From contig OX597835.1 in the NCBI GenBank assembly GCA_951406725.2, positions 44,888,001-44,952,000 of the forward strand: 64,000 nt of DNA, in the 5' to 3' direction. This stretch comes from Octopus vulgaris. Its lineage: Eukaryota. The notes beneath the pieces were generated by a model that had not been told where the DNA came from, searched no databases, and saw nothing but the letters and a program-made list of their open reading frames with translations. The position numbers and the translations under genes were made by a program. The first letter of the stretch is position 1, and each line of letters starts with the position of its first letter. Below, piece by piece: positions 30,022 to 44,099 of the stretch.

Positions 30022-30800
30022 TTGCCAGTCGGCAGATATAACCCCCTAATCATCGCAGATCCTCCTCCATGTTTAACAGTTGGAAGAAGGCAGTCTGGGT
30101 CAAATGCTTCTGTTGGCTGTCTCCACACGTATACTCGGCCGGTGGTCGGAAGTAAGGTAAAGGATGACTCGTCCGAGAATTTAACATTCTTCCACTGCTC
30201 TAGGGACCAATTCTGTAGGTTTTTACTCCACTTTAAACGCTTTGCAACGTTTGTTCTTGAAAGTAGTGATGTTCTGATTGTAGCCCTCCCGGTAAATCCG
30301 GCTTTGTGTAGCTCCCCGCGAACAGTTTTTTTGCGGAAACTGGGCTCACGAGGTGGTCATTAAGCTCTGCAGTAATTTTGGGAGCCGTACTTTTGTGATC
30401 GTTTCTAACAATTCGCTTTAGAGTCCGACGGTCCCGATCTGAAAGTTTTGTTTCTCTTCCAGAGTTTCGTTTGAACGACGACGTTTTTTACTCTTTCTCA
30501 AAGGCTGTTGTTACTTTCGGGACAGTACTTCTTGATACACCAAACATTTCGGCTATTTCCGTTACGCTAGCGACTGCCATACGAGCACCAGCAACATGAG
30601 CTCTTAGAAAGTCCGATAGATGTGTCATTCTGATGAATTTTAGTTACCTTACTCTGATGATATCTCAAAAGAAGCAGCAAAACATATTAAACAACACTAA
30701 GATTAATCAAAAAACATAAATATAAAAAAGCTTCTGACGGTTTTATAGATAATTCAAAATTATGATGCTATGATGCAAGGTGTTTCCATTATTTTGTCCA
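30022..30800 (-). mobile_element. Tc1-like element 5' half (TIR remnant, HTH and first D)
   Basis: ATG at 30628: MTHLSDFLRAHVAGARMA..EIAEMFGVSRSTV..GRETKLSDRDRR...WKNVKFSDESSF..PTVKHGGGS. TIR remnant TTGGACAAAATAATGGAAACACC. Confidence 0.85.
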
Positions 30801-31005
30801 ATATATATACATATATATATATATACATATATATATATATGTATGTATGTATATATGTGTGTGTGTGTGTATGTTTGTGTGTATATATGCATACATGCAT
30901 ATATATATTTATACATATATATACATACATATACATATATATATATATATATACATGCATACATTTATACACACATATATATATGTGTATATAGGTATAT
31001 ATTTA

Positions 31006-31051
<46 letters not shown>

Positions 31052-31055
<4 letters not shown>

Positions 31056-31262
31056 TAATCCAATCAAGAAAACACAAAAAACAACACAACAACGCGAGGA
31101 CGTGGAACAAATATAGTATTATTGGACGCTCAGGAAAGAAGGGAAAAACGAGGGTTCAACGTTTCGAGCGGAGCTCTTCGTCGGAAACATAGGAGAAGGA
31201 AAGATCCAAAGAAGGGAAGACAGAGGAAAAAAAATCGCCAGCGGTACTCAAAAGGTCACATA
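31052..31262 (-). mobile_element. Second copy of the 210-bp hammerhead repeat
   Basis: Motif at 31154-31188: GTTT-CCGACGA-a-GAGC-tcc-GCTC-GAA-ACGT-T-GAAC. Confidence 0.7.
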
Positions 31263-31439
31263 TTGAAATGTATGTATATATATATATATACATACATACG
31301 TACATATTTATATATATGAATATATCGATATTAATAATACAATAATTGTTTCTTGCCAGGAACAAAAAATGGTTTAATAGGACTGCTATAGAAGTGCTCT
31401 ATTGGAAGAGACAAAAATATCAAAGTAAAGTTATTGAAG

Positions 31440-32083
31440 GTCATCCGCATATCATTTCATAATTCGAACATTTAATTATAGAATAAACATATAACCCGCA
31501 AGATGGAACAAAATTCATATGTATAGCACGTAATAATAATAATAATATGGTGCAAGAAAAATTCTTATCATTAAAAATTTAGAATTAATATTTTAGCGAT
31601 TCAAAGAGAATACATTTATAAAAGGACGTAGAAAGTAAAATATAATATAAGTAATATATAAAAATATATAGGTATATAAAAATATAGGCATATAAAAATA
31701 TATATACATATATAAATATATATACATATAGGAGCATATAAAAAAATATATAATATATATATATATCATGTAAATAAAGTAAAATAAGGTTCATCGTTTA
31801 GAAATCTTATTCAGGTAAAATAAGCCTTATATTTAAGAAGGAAATCATGTTTACTTATCCCTATGGCCATTTCAGGGGTGTATTATGTTTAAAGCACTAG
31901 GGTGCATTCAGATAATACCTCCTTCGCTAAAATATTAATTCTAAACTTTTAATGATAAGAATTTTTCTTGCACCATATTATTATTATTATTACGTCTGTA
32001 CATATGAATTTCGTTCCATCTTAGTGGGTTATATGTTTATTCTATAATTAAATGTTCGAATTATGAAATGACATGCGGTTGAC
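31440..32083. repeat. Inverted repeat with arms of about 160 bp (31440-31599 and 31924-32083)
   Basis: CATTTCATAATTCGAACATTTAATTATAGAATAAACATATAACCC...TTTTAGCGA is mirrored with a few mismatches. Confidence 0.85.
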
Positions 32084-32122
32084 TTTGTATTTGCTTGTTC
32101 AATGATTTTAGTTTGATATATA

Positions 32123-32165
<43 letters not shown>

Positions 32166-32533
32166 CGGGCTTCTTTCAGTTTCTGTCTACAACATCCACT
32201 CACAAATCTTGAGTCAACTTCGGGTGCCACGTAGTGAGACTCAATCGATAACCATGTGGTTGGGAAGCAAGCTTCTTACCACATAACCACACCTTCTTCG
32301 GGGTTGATGGGGGCATAATGTAGCTAGGAATATAATCCTTGTATAAAAGACCATATTAAGTGATCTTTTGAGCAGATTCTGAAAATCACGGAGAGAGTAT
32401 AGAGGAAGATATTTAGAGGTAAATTAAATGACCGAAATAGTTATTGATGGGGGTGGTTAAGTGTCCATATAAGGTAGCAAAGGAAACAGAGAGATTAATA
32501 ATTAAATCAGAAATATTTTTCTGTGTTTCTTAC

Positions 32534-33328
32534 CAATTTTGAATTGATAGTTCTCCATCATTTCGCCCTGTTAATCCGTTAAATACCTGCACGGAAAACA
32601 AAAAATATAAAACATGTTGTTTTACATGAAACGATTGACACTAATGAAGCAAATATATGCTATTTATAAAAGAACTGACGTCCAAATAGAAATATATCCA
32701 AATAAATACCAGTTTAATTTGCAGATTATATCCAACAGTCGTTTATAAATTTGGAAATTTGTTATAAAATAATCTTTGAAGTAGAAAAGCTTTTAAACAT
32801 GGACATAGAACAGAAAGGAAAAGCTTAATTACGCACAGATCACATAAAAATGAAAACAAACACCCCAAAAAAATTAAATAACAAGCTAATTCTAGGTATG
32901 ATAAAGTTAACGAGCCGAGGTGTTAACGACGGACAGAAATTATGTGTAAATATAATAGAGTAAAATATTTAAATCATATGTTAAAATTCACTTACTTCTA
33001 ATGTTACGTTATTTGTGTTATATTTGACTTTAATAAGACAAATGTACATCGTGTGAAGGTCGCCAGACGGGATAAGCTGGGGTAGTTATTGAAGTTCTCG
33101 TTTTAAATATGCGACAGCAGATAAATACCCAGTCGCCTATTGGGGCCAGTATATCGAAATATGTTCTAAGTATATATATATCCGTTTACCACAATTAGAC
33201 GCTAAATTTCTCTTGGGCAAAAAATTGCTCTAGGAAAATTTCGAAATGAAATCACGCAGAAAGTGTGGTGGTAGTTCGCATAAAGTGTAATGTTTTTTTT
33301 CCTTTTCTGAACGATTACTCATAAGATA

Positions 33329-33405
<77 letters not shown>

Positions 33406-34392
33406 CATATATATAAATGCATACATAAGATAAACGTACGCGCGTTGTTGAAACGCCACAATTTACAGTTTATTCACCAGAAAATCCCTTTAAAAACGTA
33501 TAGTATTAAAACAAACCACACACACACACAAAATATACATCAGGAGTAAGCGAACAGAAATTCCTCCAGAATTACGATAGCAGTACATTTCGTATTTCAC
33601 CGTAGTTGTGGCTTGTCAATGCTGTGTATTCGTATCATATCCCGAACAAAATCGAAACTGCTGGACTGAAGCATATATATACAGTGTTTAAGCCATTTGC
33701 CGATTTGCAATGGCGCCGCATTTTTAGAATACATCCAGATTGTAAGAACTGAAAGGAAATAGGTGAAAGAAAGATGGAGTGAAATTAATTACCTTAGCCC
33801 AAAGAACACGGAAGATCACATTCATCATCTTATTTGGATACTGTTCTCGGATTTCAGTCATTGAATAGAGACTCATAACCCCCTAATATAGAAAACCATT
33901 TGGGAGGCTAAACCACGGTCATGATATTCAGATTGTCTACACAAAGCATCCCTATCGACCATTTCAGGATCATCTGTAGAATAACATTTGCCCCAATTGT
34001 TAGACGGCCCACTTTAATCAAAAAACAAAATGTTGGGTGCAAATATTTACCGAACAAACCATTGTATCGGGTTTCAAGTCAAAAAGGTTGTCGTTCGGTA
34101 CTGACTTACTGCCACTACCTTCAATATACAAGATATTGAGTTTCTCTTCTTGGAAATCATTACCACCATCGTAAAATCCATAAGAATCGATACATTGACC
34201 ATCAGAAATTACTTTGTATAATATAGATCCACTCTGATTACAACGCTGGCCAGATTGTGCAAGAATGATTTCATTCAGAACAGTCATTGATGTATTACTG
34301 ACGACCACAAAGAGAAAAATATTTAAAATAAAACCAGAAATAGCATAATATCTAAGAACGAAAGTTAAAATTATAGAGGGCGTTGCAGTCAT
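32534..34392 (-). pseudogene. Putative decayed multi-exon gene for a secreted or membrane protein (Ig-like exon)
   Basis: ORF 34392-34018 has a hydrophobic N-terminus. An exon ending ..GDLHTMYICLIKVKYNTNNVTLE|GTAAGT at 32996 joins in phase 0 to exon 32586-32534 (ttttccgtgcag|VFNGLTGRNDGELSIQN|GTAAGA). In-frame stops are present. Confidence 0.35.
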
Positions 34393-34837
34393 TTGTTTTA
34401 CTCAACAAGGCAAAAATTATATACGAGAATACTGGGATGTTTTCCAATAATGTGTTCTGTAGAAATACCGATTATTACCATCAGTGGGTGGATTAGCTCA
34501 CTCATGATAATGTCTGTGTATGTTACGGTTCCTTGGGTACTGGGTTCAAGTCTCGACCTCGTCAACATGTAATCTCCAATAAAATGTAATTGAATAATTC
34601 GCGACTATTTTAATGTCTAATGATTGTATCGACATGCAATGGAAAGCGTTATACAGGAGAGTGCTTCGCATAACTAAATCTATGCTTCCTACAAGAGAAG
34701 AAATTGTTTCTCCTCCGCCCCAACCTGATTTTACCATCTCCTGATACGTACACAGATTCCATATGTATGCATCCCTCGTGATAAGTAAGGATGCACAGAC
34801 AAAATACAATACATTTTATTCATTATTGTTTAACATT

Positions 34838-35090
34838 TGTTGTGGCGAGAGTACAACACGCCATGATGAGAATACACAAGACCAGTACACATAAATAGTA
34901 GCGATATAAATAGTTAGTCGGCCGTTAGCTTGGTCTTCGAAGTCCAGGTACAGTTTACAGTTCGAGTTAGTGTGTCGGAAATTATTGATTGTTGGTTCGT
35001 TGCGTGTTTTTTACTGCCGCTGTTTCAATTTTGTATTGTTACACGATATCAACCGTACAACAATAATGGAATCGTAATGATGTGACAACA
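34838..35090 (+). mobile_element. Possible solo LTR
   Basis: TGTTGT...ACAACA termini (end at 35062 or 35090) and internal TATAAATAG; no clean TSD. Confidence 0.35.
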
Positions 35091-35878
35091 TTACTATTAA
35101 TATTTCTGTATACTCACACACACACGCGCTCGCTCGCGCTTGTGTAGACGTGAGAGTCAGCATGAATACTCTCGGGGTGCGACAATGTTGTTGGTCACGT
35201 TTGTACTCTTAACGTTAATCATATTAAACCATCAACGTTGCGTATTCGCACGGAGTGCTTTGCGCTCTGGGAAGGGCTATAAAGTAAAACAAAGAGCCAA
35301 AGAATTTTTTTTTAAATATCAAGGGTCCATATTTAATATTTATTTATTACATCTGTTACATATGTTCCATTATCCTTTAACCCATAATTTCACAATACAA
35401 ATGCAATCCTTAGATGCACAATATAAGTGCAGTTATTAGAAACACATAAATTTAAGGACATTATACGGAGTACAAGACACAAGAAAAATATTCAACTCCA
35501 TCAGACTAAGCGAAACAGAGTTGTCTGCATTTTTAGCCAATTAAAAGTTGTTGTTTTTTTTCTTTCAGATAACAGCTTTTGATCTCCACGCCATTAACAT
35601 AAACAAAATAAAAAGAAAATTAATATTAAAAAAGAAAGAAACAAAATAAGAAAAGTAAGGCGTTATGGCATTTATAAATGAATGCAATAAAACAGAAGCT
35701 AAATGCAAACACACAAACCCAAAACACTTACACACACAAACACGAATGCATATATATTCATATATACGAATATGTATATAAGTACATAATAGTCCAAACC
35801 ATATGTATATTTATGTACATACATACATACATACATATACATATATATATATATATATATATGTGTGTGGGGGGGGGG

Positions 35879-35943
<65 letters not shown>

Positions 35944-36422
35944 TGCATATATATATAAGTACACACACACACATATATATATATATTTATTTATATACGT
36001 ATACATACATAATTTTCGTATGAATACATCTATATGGTAATACGCATGCCACTTCAAAAACTAATTATTTCAATCAGAATTGACAAGATCTTCAAGATCT
36101 TATTTATAATTGCATTCAAAAGAACTGGCGTCTAGAATATAGCAAAAGCATTTTAACGCTTATCTTTTAACACCGGATTTCATTTAAGATAATTAACAAG
36201 TTGCAACTAAGAGTCTTTGAAACTGCTTCTATTGACGAAGTAGAGATTTAAAAAGAATACTATAACTTATTAATCCACCATTTGAGTAAAGTAAATACAT
36301 GCATTCGTGTGTGTTTGTGTATGGAGCTATGAGTATAAGCACAACTATATATATATATGATTCGTTTTTGGATTTGGTTTACAAGATTCTTTATATGAGT
36401 TCGTGTGTTGAAGCATATCTGC

Positions 36423-36665
36423 TGTGTCTGAGAAGAGTCATTTTCTTTCTGTGCCTTATAATATAACACACTCGTCAGTAAAATGTCCACTTTTTTCTTA
36501 TTTTTATTTTATGTTATTTTTATTTTGAGAGTCAAAACTATTGAAAAGGTTGCATGACGCAACGAAAATTTTAGGAAAATATAAATAAGCAAAAAAAGTG
36601 GAAGTTTTACCGGTGAGTGTGTTATATTATAAGACACACAAAGAAAATGACTCTCCCCAGACACA
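36423..36665. repeat. Imperfect inverted repeat with arms of about 70 bp (MITE-like)
   Basis: TGTGTCTGAGAAGAGTCATTTTCTTT..TTATAATATAACACACTC is mirrored at 36593-36665. Confidence 0.7.
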
Positions 36666-36668
36666 AAA

Positions 36669-36710
<42 letters not shown>

Positions 36711-36875
36711 TAGTTATCGCCATACTAATATGGCATTCTTATAAAAATAAGAAAAAAGCTGTCCGCTTATTAGCTCCATGAGGCCATCGCCTTAAGTTAG
36801 CTATTTGATACACAAACTGTATCCATATAACCTTCGAACAAGGGAGGTCAGTCGCTCCACACTACTTGACCGGCA

Positions 36876-36917
36876 GCTACAGACGCGTTTCGGGGTATTG
36901 CCCCTTTTCAATGCAGC
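36876..36917 (-). ncRNA. Type I hammerhead motif, U3:A8 variant (TTGAAAA)
   Basis: GCTGCA-TTGAAAA-GGGG-caata-CCCC-GAA-ACGCGT-C-TGTAGC; GUC triplet. Confidence 0.7.
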
Positions 36918-37335
36918 GTAGCCAGCCAGTAGGTGTCGCTTCCGACAATCTCTGTTCGATGGTTTTATTTATCTAGTTTCGGTGGAATACATCCACTTGT
37001 TTTCAATAATAGAAATATTAAAATAACTAAGTCTCTCTAAAAGAGAACAGCGGCAGCGTTCCCGGAAAATAATAGTTATCGCCATACTAATATGGCATTC
37101 TTATAAAAATAAGAAAAAAGCTAATAAGCGGACAGCTTTTTTCTTATTTTTATAAGAATGCCATATTAGTATGGCGATAATATTATTTTCCGGGAACGCT
37201 GTACTGTTCTCTTTTAGAGAGACTTAGTTATTTTAATATTTCTATTATTGAAAACAAGTGGATGTATTCCACCGAAACTAGGTAAATAAAACCATCGAAC
37301 AGAGATTGTCGGAAGCGGCACTACTGGCTGGCTAC

Positions 37336-37377
37336 GCTGCATTGAAAAGAGGCAATACCCCGAAACGCGTCTGTAGC
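37336..37377 (+). ncRNA. Inverted copy of the same hammerhead (one stem II mismatch)
   Basis: GCTGCA-TTGAAAA-GAGG-caata-CCCC-GAA-ACGCGT-C-TGTAGC. Confidence 0.6.
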
Positions 37378-37559
37378 TGCCGGTCAAAGTGTGGAGCTGA
37401 CTGACCTCCTTTGTTCGAAGGTTATATGGATACAGTTTGTGTATCAAATAGCTAACTTAAGGTGATGGCCTCATGGAGCTAATCAGCGGACAGCTTTTTC
37501 TTTTATTTTCCGGGAACGCTGCCGCTGTTCTCTTTTAGAGACTTAGTTATTTTAATATT

Positions 37560-37620
<61 letters not shown>

Positions 37621-37735
37621 TGTGTGTGTGTATGTATATATTTAATTACATGTCCGTTTGTTCGTGTATAATTATACAAAAATATATAGTTACTTACACA
37701 ATCAGACACACACTCACACACAAGTATATATATAC

Positions 37736-37819
<84 letters not shown>

Positions 37820-37899
37820 CTAGGACGTACTGTTTTCATCGGTCACATGCTAAAAGGTATTTTCTCCTTTGGTTACGTAACCGAAGTTTAAGCTTGAGC

Positions 37900-38345
37900 A
37901 CTTTGGTTTTTCTATATTCTGAAAGGATCTCTTCGGACCAAACGTGAAGGGCTATTGCCAAATAATGCATTATAGTTGCACGAAAACGATGGACGTCCAC
38001 ATAAGTCTACCCACCACACCCTTGAAACCATCGAGAGTTCAGGTTTGGTTTTGCTGGAAAACCCTGCATAGAGTGCAGACCTGTGTCCCTTTGAAGGATC
38101 AGAGCTTTGAAATTAATAAAAAATCATTGACAAGTTCGTCAATTTTCTTACGGATAAGGAAACGTAGGGAGAAGTGCATAAATGGTAGCTCGAAAAATAT
38201 AATTGGACAATAGGATAAGAGTGGTTGTGAACTGTTGGACGAAGTACATCAGAAACCAAGGAGACTATGTCGAAACATGATACAACAGTTCCAACACTAC
38301 TTTCGTCTTAAATGAAGAGTGAGAATAAGTTTTGACTCACCCTAG
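37900..38345 (+). mobile_element. Highly decayed mariner 3' relic
   Basis: LHEN..RPH...LLENPA*SADL and WTKYIRNQGDYVET*; terminal TTTTGACTCACCCT. Confidence 0.6.
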
Positions 38346-38371
38346 AAAATACTTATGAATATCTATATAAT

Positions 38372-38437
<66 letters not shown>

Positions 38438-38802
38438 CGTGTGTGTGTATGACTTTGTGTTTGTGTCTGCAAGCGTATTTGTACATTAAGAAAAATCTCG
38501 CACTTATGCATACTCTGTGTATGTGTACATATATATATACATATCAATATATATTCACGTATAGATCCATACATGTATGTGTGCATGTATATGGATAAAA
38601 TATATATATATATATAAAGCACACACCCCCATATACATGCACACATTATTATTGATTCTCTTATTATCAATTTTAAATTGTTACACTAGATAAGGATAAT
38701 AGAGTCAATGATATCTTTGCAAATTATTTTTTCGTGAATTATTTGCTCCGTATTGAAATTACACACACACATAGACACACACACAGACACACACATACAC
38801 AC

Positions 38803-38852
<50 letters not shown>

Positions 38853-39096
38853 TCATATATACATGTATACTGGGAAGAGAAAGACGAAGCCAACTAATAG
38901 CTGTGTGTCTGTCTTAATCATTCATTAGGGATTTGCAGTGAATAGTAATTCCTTTTGGCTTAGACACTTTCTCTATTCTCTTGGTGTCGTGGCGAGAGAA
39001 AAACAAAACGTCGCAGATGTGATAATATCCGTTCTTGCTTACAGATTCATTACAAATCATTTAAAACATAATCCTCACTACACCGGGTATCATAGG

Positions 39097-39314
<218 letters not shown>

Positions 39315-39577
39315 TAATCTAAGCAAACTAACACAGACGAAATTATTTTGTCGTTATCATTATAAAATTTCTGCAAACGTTGGTAAAATCTTTTAATTCG
39401 TTTGGATTATTAGTACACGACGGTTAAATACAGAGATTAAAGAGTTTACAGTGACGCCATGGATGTTTTATTTGTGTGTTTTTTTATTTGTGTGTTAGTA
39501 AATACATAACTTTTGTTTTCGCTTACTGAAGAAAGAAAAGAATGCGGCAGTATCACGTTTTCCTTTCTGTGACCAGA

Positions 39578-39700
39578 ATATTGATCAATATTTGGAAATT
39601 TAGCTGTTCTCACCTCATAAATCGACATTATATAATCCAATATCAGTTTTATCCATCCATCCACACACACGCATTCATACACATACACACAAACACACAG

Positions 39701-39761
<61 letters not shown>

Positions 39762-39785
39762 TACACACGTATATACGTATATAGA

Positions 39786-39829
<44 letters not shown>

Positions 39830-39848
39830 GTCTGTCTATCTATCTATC

Positions 39849-39899
<51 letters not shown>

Positions 39900-39964
39900 T
39901 CATTCGTATATATATATATACATATATATGTATACGTATATGTATATGTATATATATCTATATA

Positions 39965-40004
<40 letters not shown>

Positions 40005-40050
40005 ATATATCTATCAGACAGACTCTCTCTCTCTCTAGTCTATATATATA

Positions 40051-40124
<74 letters not shown>

Positions 40125-40260
40125 TGTGTGTCTGTGTGTTTGTGTGTGTGTGTATGTGTATGAATGCGTGTGTGTGGATGGATGGATAAAACTGATATTG
40201 GATTATATAATGTCGATTTATGAGGTGAGAAAAGCTAAATTTCCAAATATTGATCAATAT
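39578..40260. repeat. Local inverted duplication (about 39578-39790 and 40035-40260)
   Basis: ATATTGATCAATATTTGGAAATTT..CATCCATCCACACACACGCATTCATACAC is mirrored almost perfectly, including its microsatellites. Confidence 0.9.
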
Positions 40261-40619
40261 AAATATATATATATATATGTATGTATATATATATGCGTAT
40301 ATCTAAATGCAAATTTAAGGAGTGGAAGAGGTGAAATCCAAGCTGCATGTTTCCTATCTTGCAGATCCCTTGATTTCATGATTACTCAACTCATCGGCTG
40401 AACATATCTTACTCATATCTAGGGGCTGTATTATCGTATGGGAATCCCAAGTTAGCTCACTGAAGAGGTTCCACTCCGTCAATTTGAATTTTTGTTTGCA
40501 TTTATAGAATGTCTATTTGATAACCCTCAGCTATACATAATGTCTTTTATCTTATCGAACGTTGGTTTTTTTCTACAACTACTACGGACTACTGAAAGCT
40601 AACAAACTTTCCACATTTA

Positions 40620-41824
40620 TCGGGTCATACCATAAGTTCTGTCCGATTTTACCTTTTTTATAATTGAATGAAATTTAATAGTATTTTAGAATGTCTAATG
40701 ATATTTAAAATTATTTTTATGCATTTGTGTACATTTAAACTAATTAAATATTATTTTACAGAATAATAGAATTAAAATTTCTTTGATTAAAATCCTTTCT
40801 AAAATGGAAGTATCCAAAAAGCATTTGAGGCACATAATGCTTTATGAGTACAAAAAAGGAAACTCTGCAGCCGAAGCGACTCAAAACATACACTCAATTT
40901 ATGGGAAAGAATGCTTGAATGAAAGAACTTGCAGAAGATTTCAACCGTGAAGTTGAAGATCACATAGGACGTTTCCAATGAGTGGGCATGAGTTGAAGTA
41001 AATCCTGCATTATCAGTTGAAGAATTGGCAGTAAAGCTTCGTTCAAACCACACAACTGTTCATCGTCATCTTCAACAACTTGGATAGGTTCCTAGACTTG
41101 GAAAATAGGTGCTTCATGAATTGTCCGAAGGCAACCACATAACCTGAGTTGACATCTGCTCTTCTCTCCATTCTCGCGAACTCATTTCACTCTTTTTGGA
41201 TAGACTTGTGATTGGTGACGAAAAATGGATCTATCGAAATGTCAAATGTTGTAAACAGTGGGTTGGTAAAAGGGGAAAAAGACTCAACCACAACCGAGAA
41301 GGGAACTTCATGGGAAAATCTTTCTTCTCTCTATCTGGTGGGATTGCAAGGGAATAATTCACTTTGAATTATTACCGCCTAATGCAACATTCAATGTTCA
41401 AGTCTACTGTCAGCAATTTGAGCGTTTGAACCAAGCTTTGAGTTAAAAAAAGAACCGCTTTAGTGAATCGAAAATGAGTGATGATTCATCGGGACAATGC
41501 GCGACCCCACACTGAAAAGATCCCATCACAGAAGATCGAAGAGCTTGGTTGGGAAAATATTCCTCCTCCACCTTATTCTCCCGACCTTACTCTTTCATAC
41601 TACCATTTGTTTCGGAGTTTACAGAATCATCTGACATTTCTGAGTTCTTCGCTTTGAAGCCAAAAGCGTTTTACATTGATGGGGTTAAAAAGCTTGTAAA
41701 TAGATGGAAGGAAGTCATAGATAATCAGGGAAAGTATATTGATGATTAAATTTCAATTAAGTATAACATTTGTTCACTTGTTTTCTCTATTCAAAATTCG
41801 GACAGAACTAATATGACGATCTGG
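40620..41824 (+). mobile_element. Near full-length defective mariner with both TIRs
   Basis: TA|TCGGGTCATACCATAAGTTCTGTCCGA ... TCGGACAGAACTAATATGACGATCTGG|TA. Reads MEVSKKHLRHIMLYEYKKGNSAAEA, DRLVIGDEKWI, HRDNARPH, PPYSPDL; multiple stops and frameshifts. Confidence 0.92.
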
Positions 41825-41905
41825 TAGATCCTTGGATCTTACAATTATATATACATCTGCAAATACATACATAGATTCATATATATATATATAAGTATAT
41901 ATGTA

Positions 41906-41962
<57 letters not shown>

Positions 41963-42229
41963 GGTGGAGGAACTTAGGAAATTAAATGGCCGTCCAGTAG
42001 TAGATATGCGCGTCTGTTGTATCCCTATGTATGCCGTAAGATGTGTGCTCTTCGTGAGGTAAAAGTCCCTGAAACGGTTTGTCAACTCACAGTGTGAAAC
42101 GGGGTGATTATGGCAACAGCCTCGCATGCCATATATCAGTGTTAATCGGTTCTCAGTTCCCAACCACTCTAGTGTCACCATCCAAGGCAACAGAAAGATA
42201 GAAGAAGACGCAGAGGCTTTTAAAAGTGA

Positions 42230-43800
42230 CTGGGTCCAGATAGGCGGCCACTGGAATACGACAATTAGAACGTACAACGCAAGAACTCTCTTCTCCGACC
42301 ATCGCATCACCAAGATCGAAGACTTGTCAAAGATCAACTGTCATACGATCAGAATTAGCGAGATGAGAATTCAGGGCGAAGTTTACATCAAGCTCAATAA
42401 TAGCGACTACAAATTATGGTGCAAGGGCGGAGACAAACCCAGCCGGGGAGTTAGCATTGTAATTTAGAAAGACATAATCTGCAACGTTATAAACTTGAGG
42501 TGCATGTCAGATAGAGCGATGCAACTTACCATCAAGATCGATAGCTAGAATCACCTGAACATAATTCAAGCATATCAGCCAGCTGCCAGATATGAGGACA
42601 TAAACCGTCTCTTCATGAGCAACAAATCTCATTGCAATATCACCATAGGGGATTTCAACGTAGACATAGTCGAGTGTCAATCACTTTTTAATCAGGTAGC
42701 AGGAACAGCAGGGGTAACTCACTCATCAACACCAGTAATAGCATCAACTAAAGATCATGAACACAGATCTTTAGACGATGGCCATGTATTCTACCCGATG
42801 TTACTATAAAGAATGCAATCCATCACATCATAAGAAGCTGCAAACATTTCAAAACGTCTCAGTTGTTAACATTTTCCAATACTGACAGCGACACTCGCCA
42901 AATGGGCGCACCATTCACCATTAATACGAAGTTGGAAGGGGCCAGAGTAAGGAAACGGCCAAGTAAGCCAAACTCTGCGGTGTTATCGGCAATGGCAACA
43001 GAAAATTCCAACGACTACTTAGCAACAGGCTTGAAACCTTCTAACAACATCACACAGACGATAACATCAGTTCCTATTCATAGAGAAATCAGCAACACTG
43101 TCATGGAGACAGCTGTGAAATTGACCGGAAGTAATGAACCACTCAAAATCGACAAGTTTTCTGGAAAAAATCAAACAGCTCAGAGAGAACCTACACCAGC
43201 GGAACAAGTTTTCAGTGCATCGAAAACATTGAAACGTGTAAAATCGCTAGAAGAAAACTTTAGCAAATACGACGCAGATGAACAACGAAAAGATTTGAAA
43301 GTGAACAGAGGTCCGAAGTCTGTCAAGAAAAGCAATGCCTGGGAAAAGATAACATCAGTGCCCTGTGCGAAGAAGATGGCACAATCATCAGTGGCCAGGA
43401 CAGGTTTATCAAACGTGGTGAGAAATTCTATAGCAAGCTGTATTAGAGCATACAACATAATGAGTCTCCATTATCCAACAAGCCAATACAAGTCCTACGT
43501 CTTCTTCCCACCATGTCATCACAGACGAGAGCGAGCGCCAAACGACTCAAACGAGACAAGGATAGGCATCTGGTGCGGGCATTATCTCTGCTGTTATATT
43601 TCAGGACGGTGGAGAACCCATTATAAAGATGCTCACCAAGATGTTCAATAGATGCTTCGAAGAATGCAAAGTTCTCATCAGTTCAAAGAACGTTATAGCT
43701 GTTTTGTTTCACAAAAGAGATGATAAAACGGACTTGGAGAACTATTATCCTATCAGTCTCCTGCACGTTATCTAGACGCTGTTCAATAGGTATGGAGGCG
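42230..43800 (+). mobile_element. RTE-clade LINE relic (APE endonuclease to start of RT)
   Basis: [34 protein letters not shown] and ASGADII..GGEPIIKMLTKMFNRC..LFHKRDDKTDLENYYPISLL. Confidence 0.8.
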
Positions 43801-43868
43801 TTCAGATCATGCACAAGCTGAGAATGGCTTAAAATAACATGAAATAAGCTGGAACGACCTGGAAAATA

Positions 43869-44099
43869 CACTAATCACTAGCCATATCACGGTTCACTTA
43901 TCGCGCCTCGGTGATCGCGGTTTATTATTTAAGCTTACGTCTTCTGTGGTGTTGTTTTGCATTTATAACGAAATAAATATACGCACAATATAAAAATGAT
44001 AACAAAATACATACAGTACTCATTGTACTTCGCGGGTTTTCACCCATTGCGGGGGTTGGGAGTTGGAGCGTAATTCCCGCGATAGTCGTGGGCTTACAG
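43869..44099. mobile_element. Tigger/pogo-like MITE, unexpanded relative of 3753-4117
   Basis: Shared CGCGGTTTATTATTTAAGCT...TTTTGCATTTATAA...CCGCGATAGTCG; TA flanks. Confidence 0.7.

Larger units (their letters stand above)
36705..37562. mobile_element. Retrozyme/pLTR-like 362-bp unit: more than one tandem unit followed by an inverted run of more than one unit, in (TA)n
   Basis: Unit start AAATAATAGTTATCGCC at 36705 and 37067; inversion at about 37122; hammerheads at 36876-36917(-) and 37336-37377(+). Confidence 0.75.

Noticed and set aside
29270-30800. A single Tc1 element split by an insertion
   Set aside because: Both pieces contain the GGG motif region, so they overlap in protein coordinates and derive from different elements.
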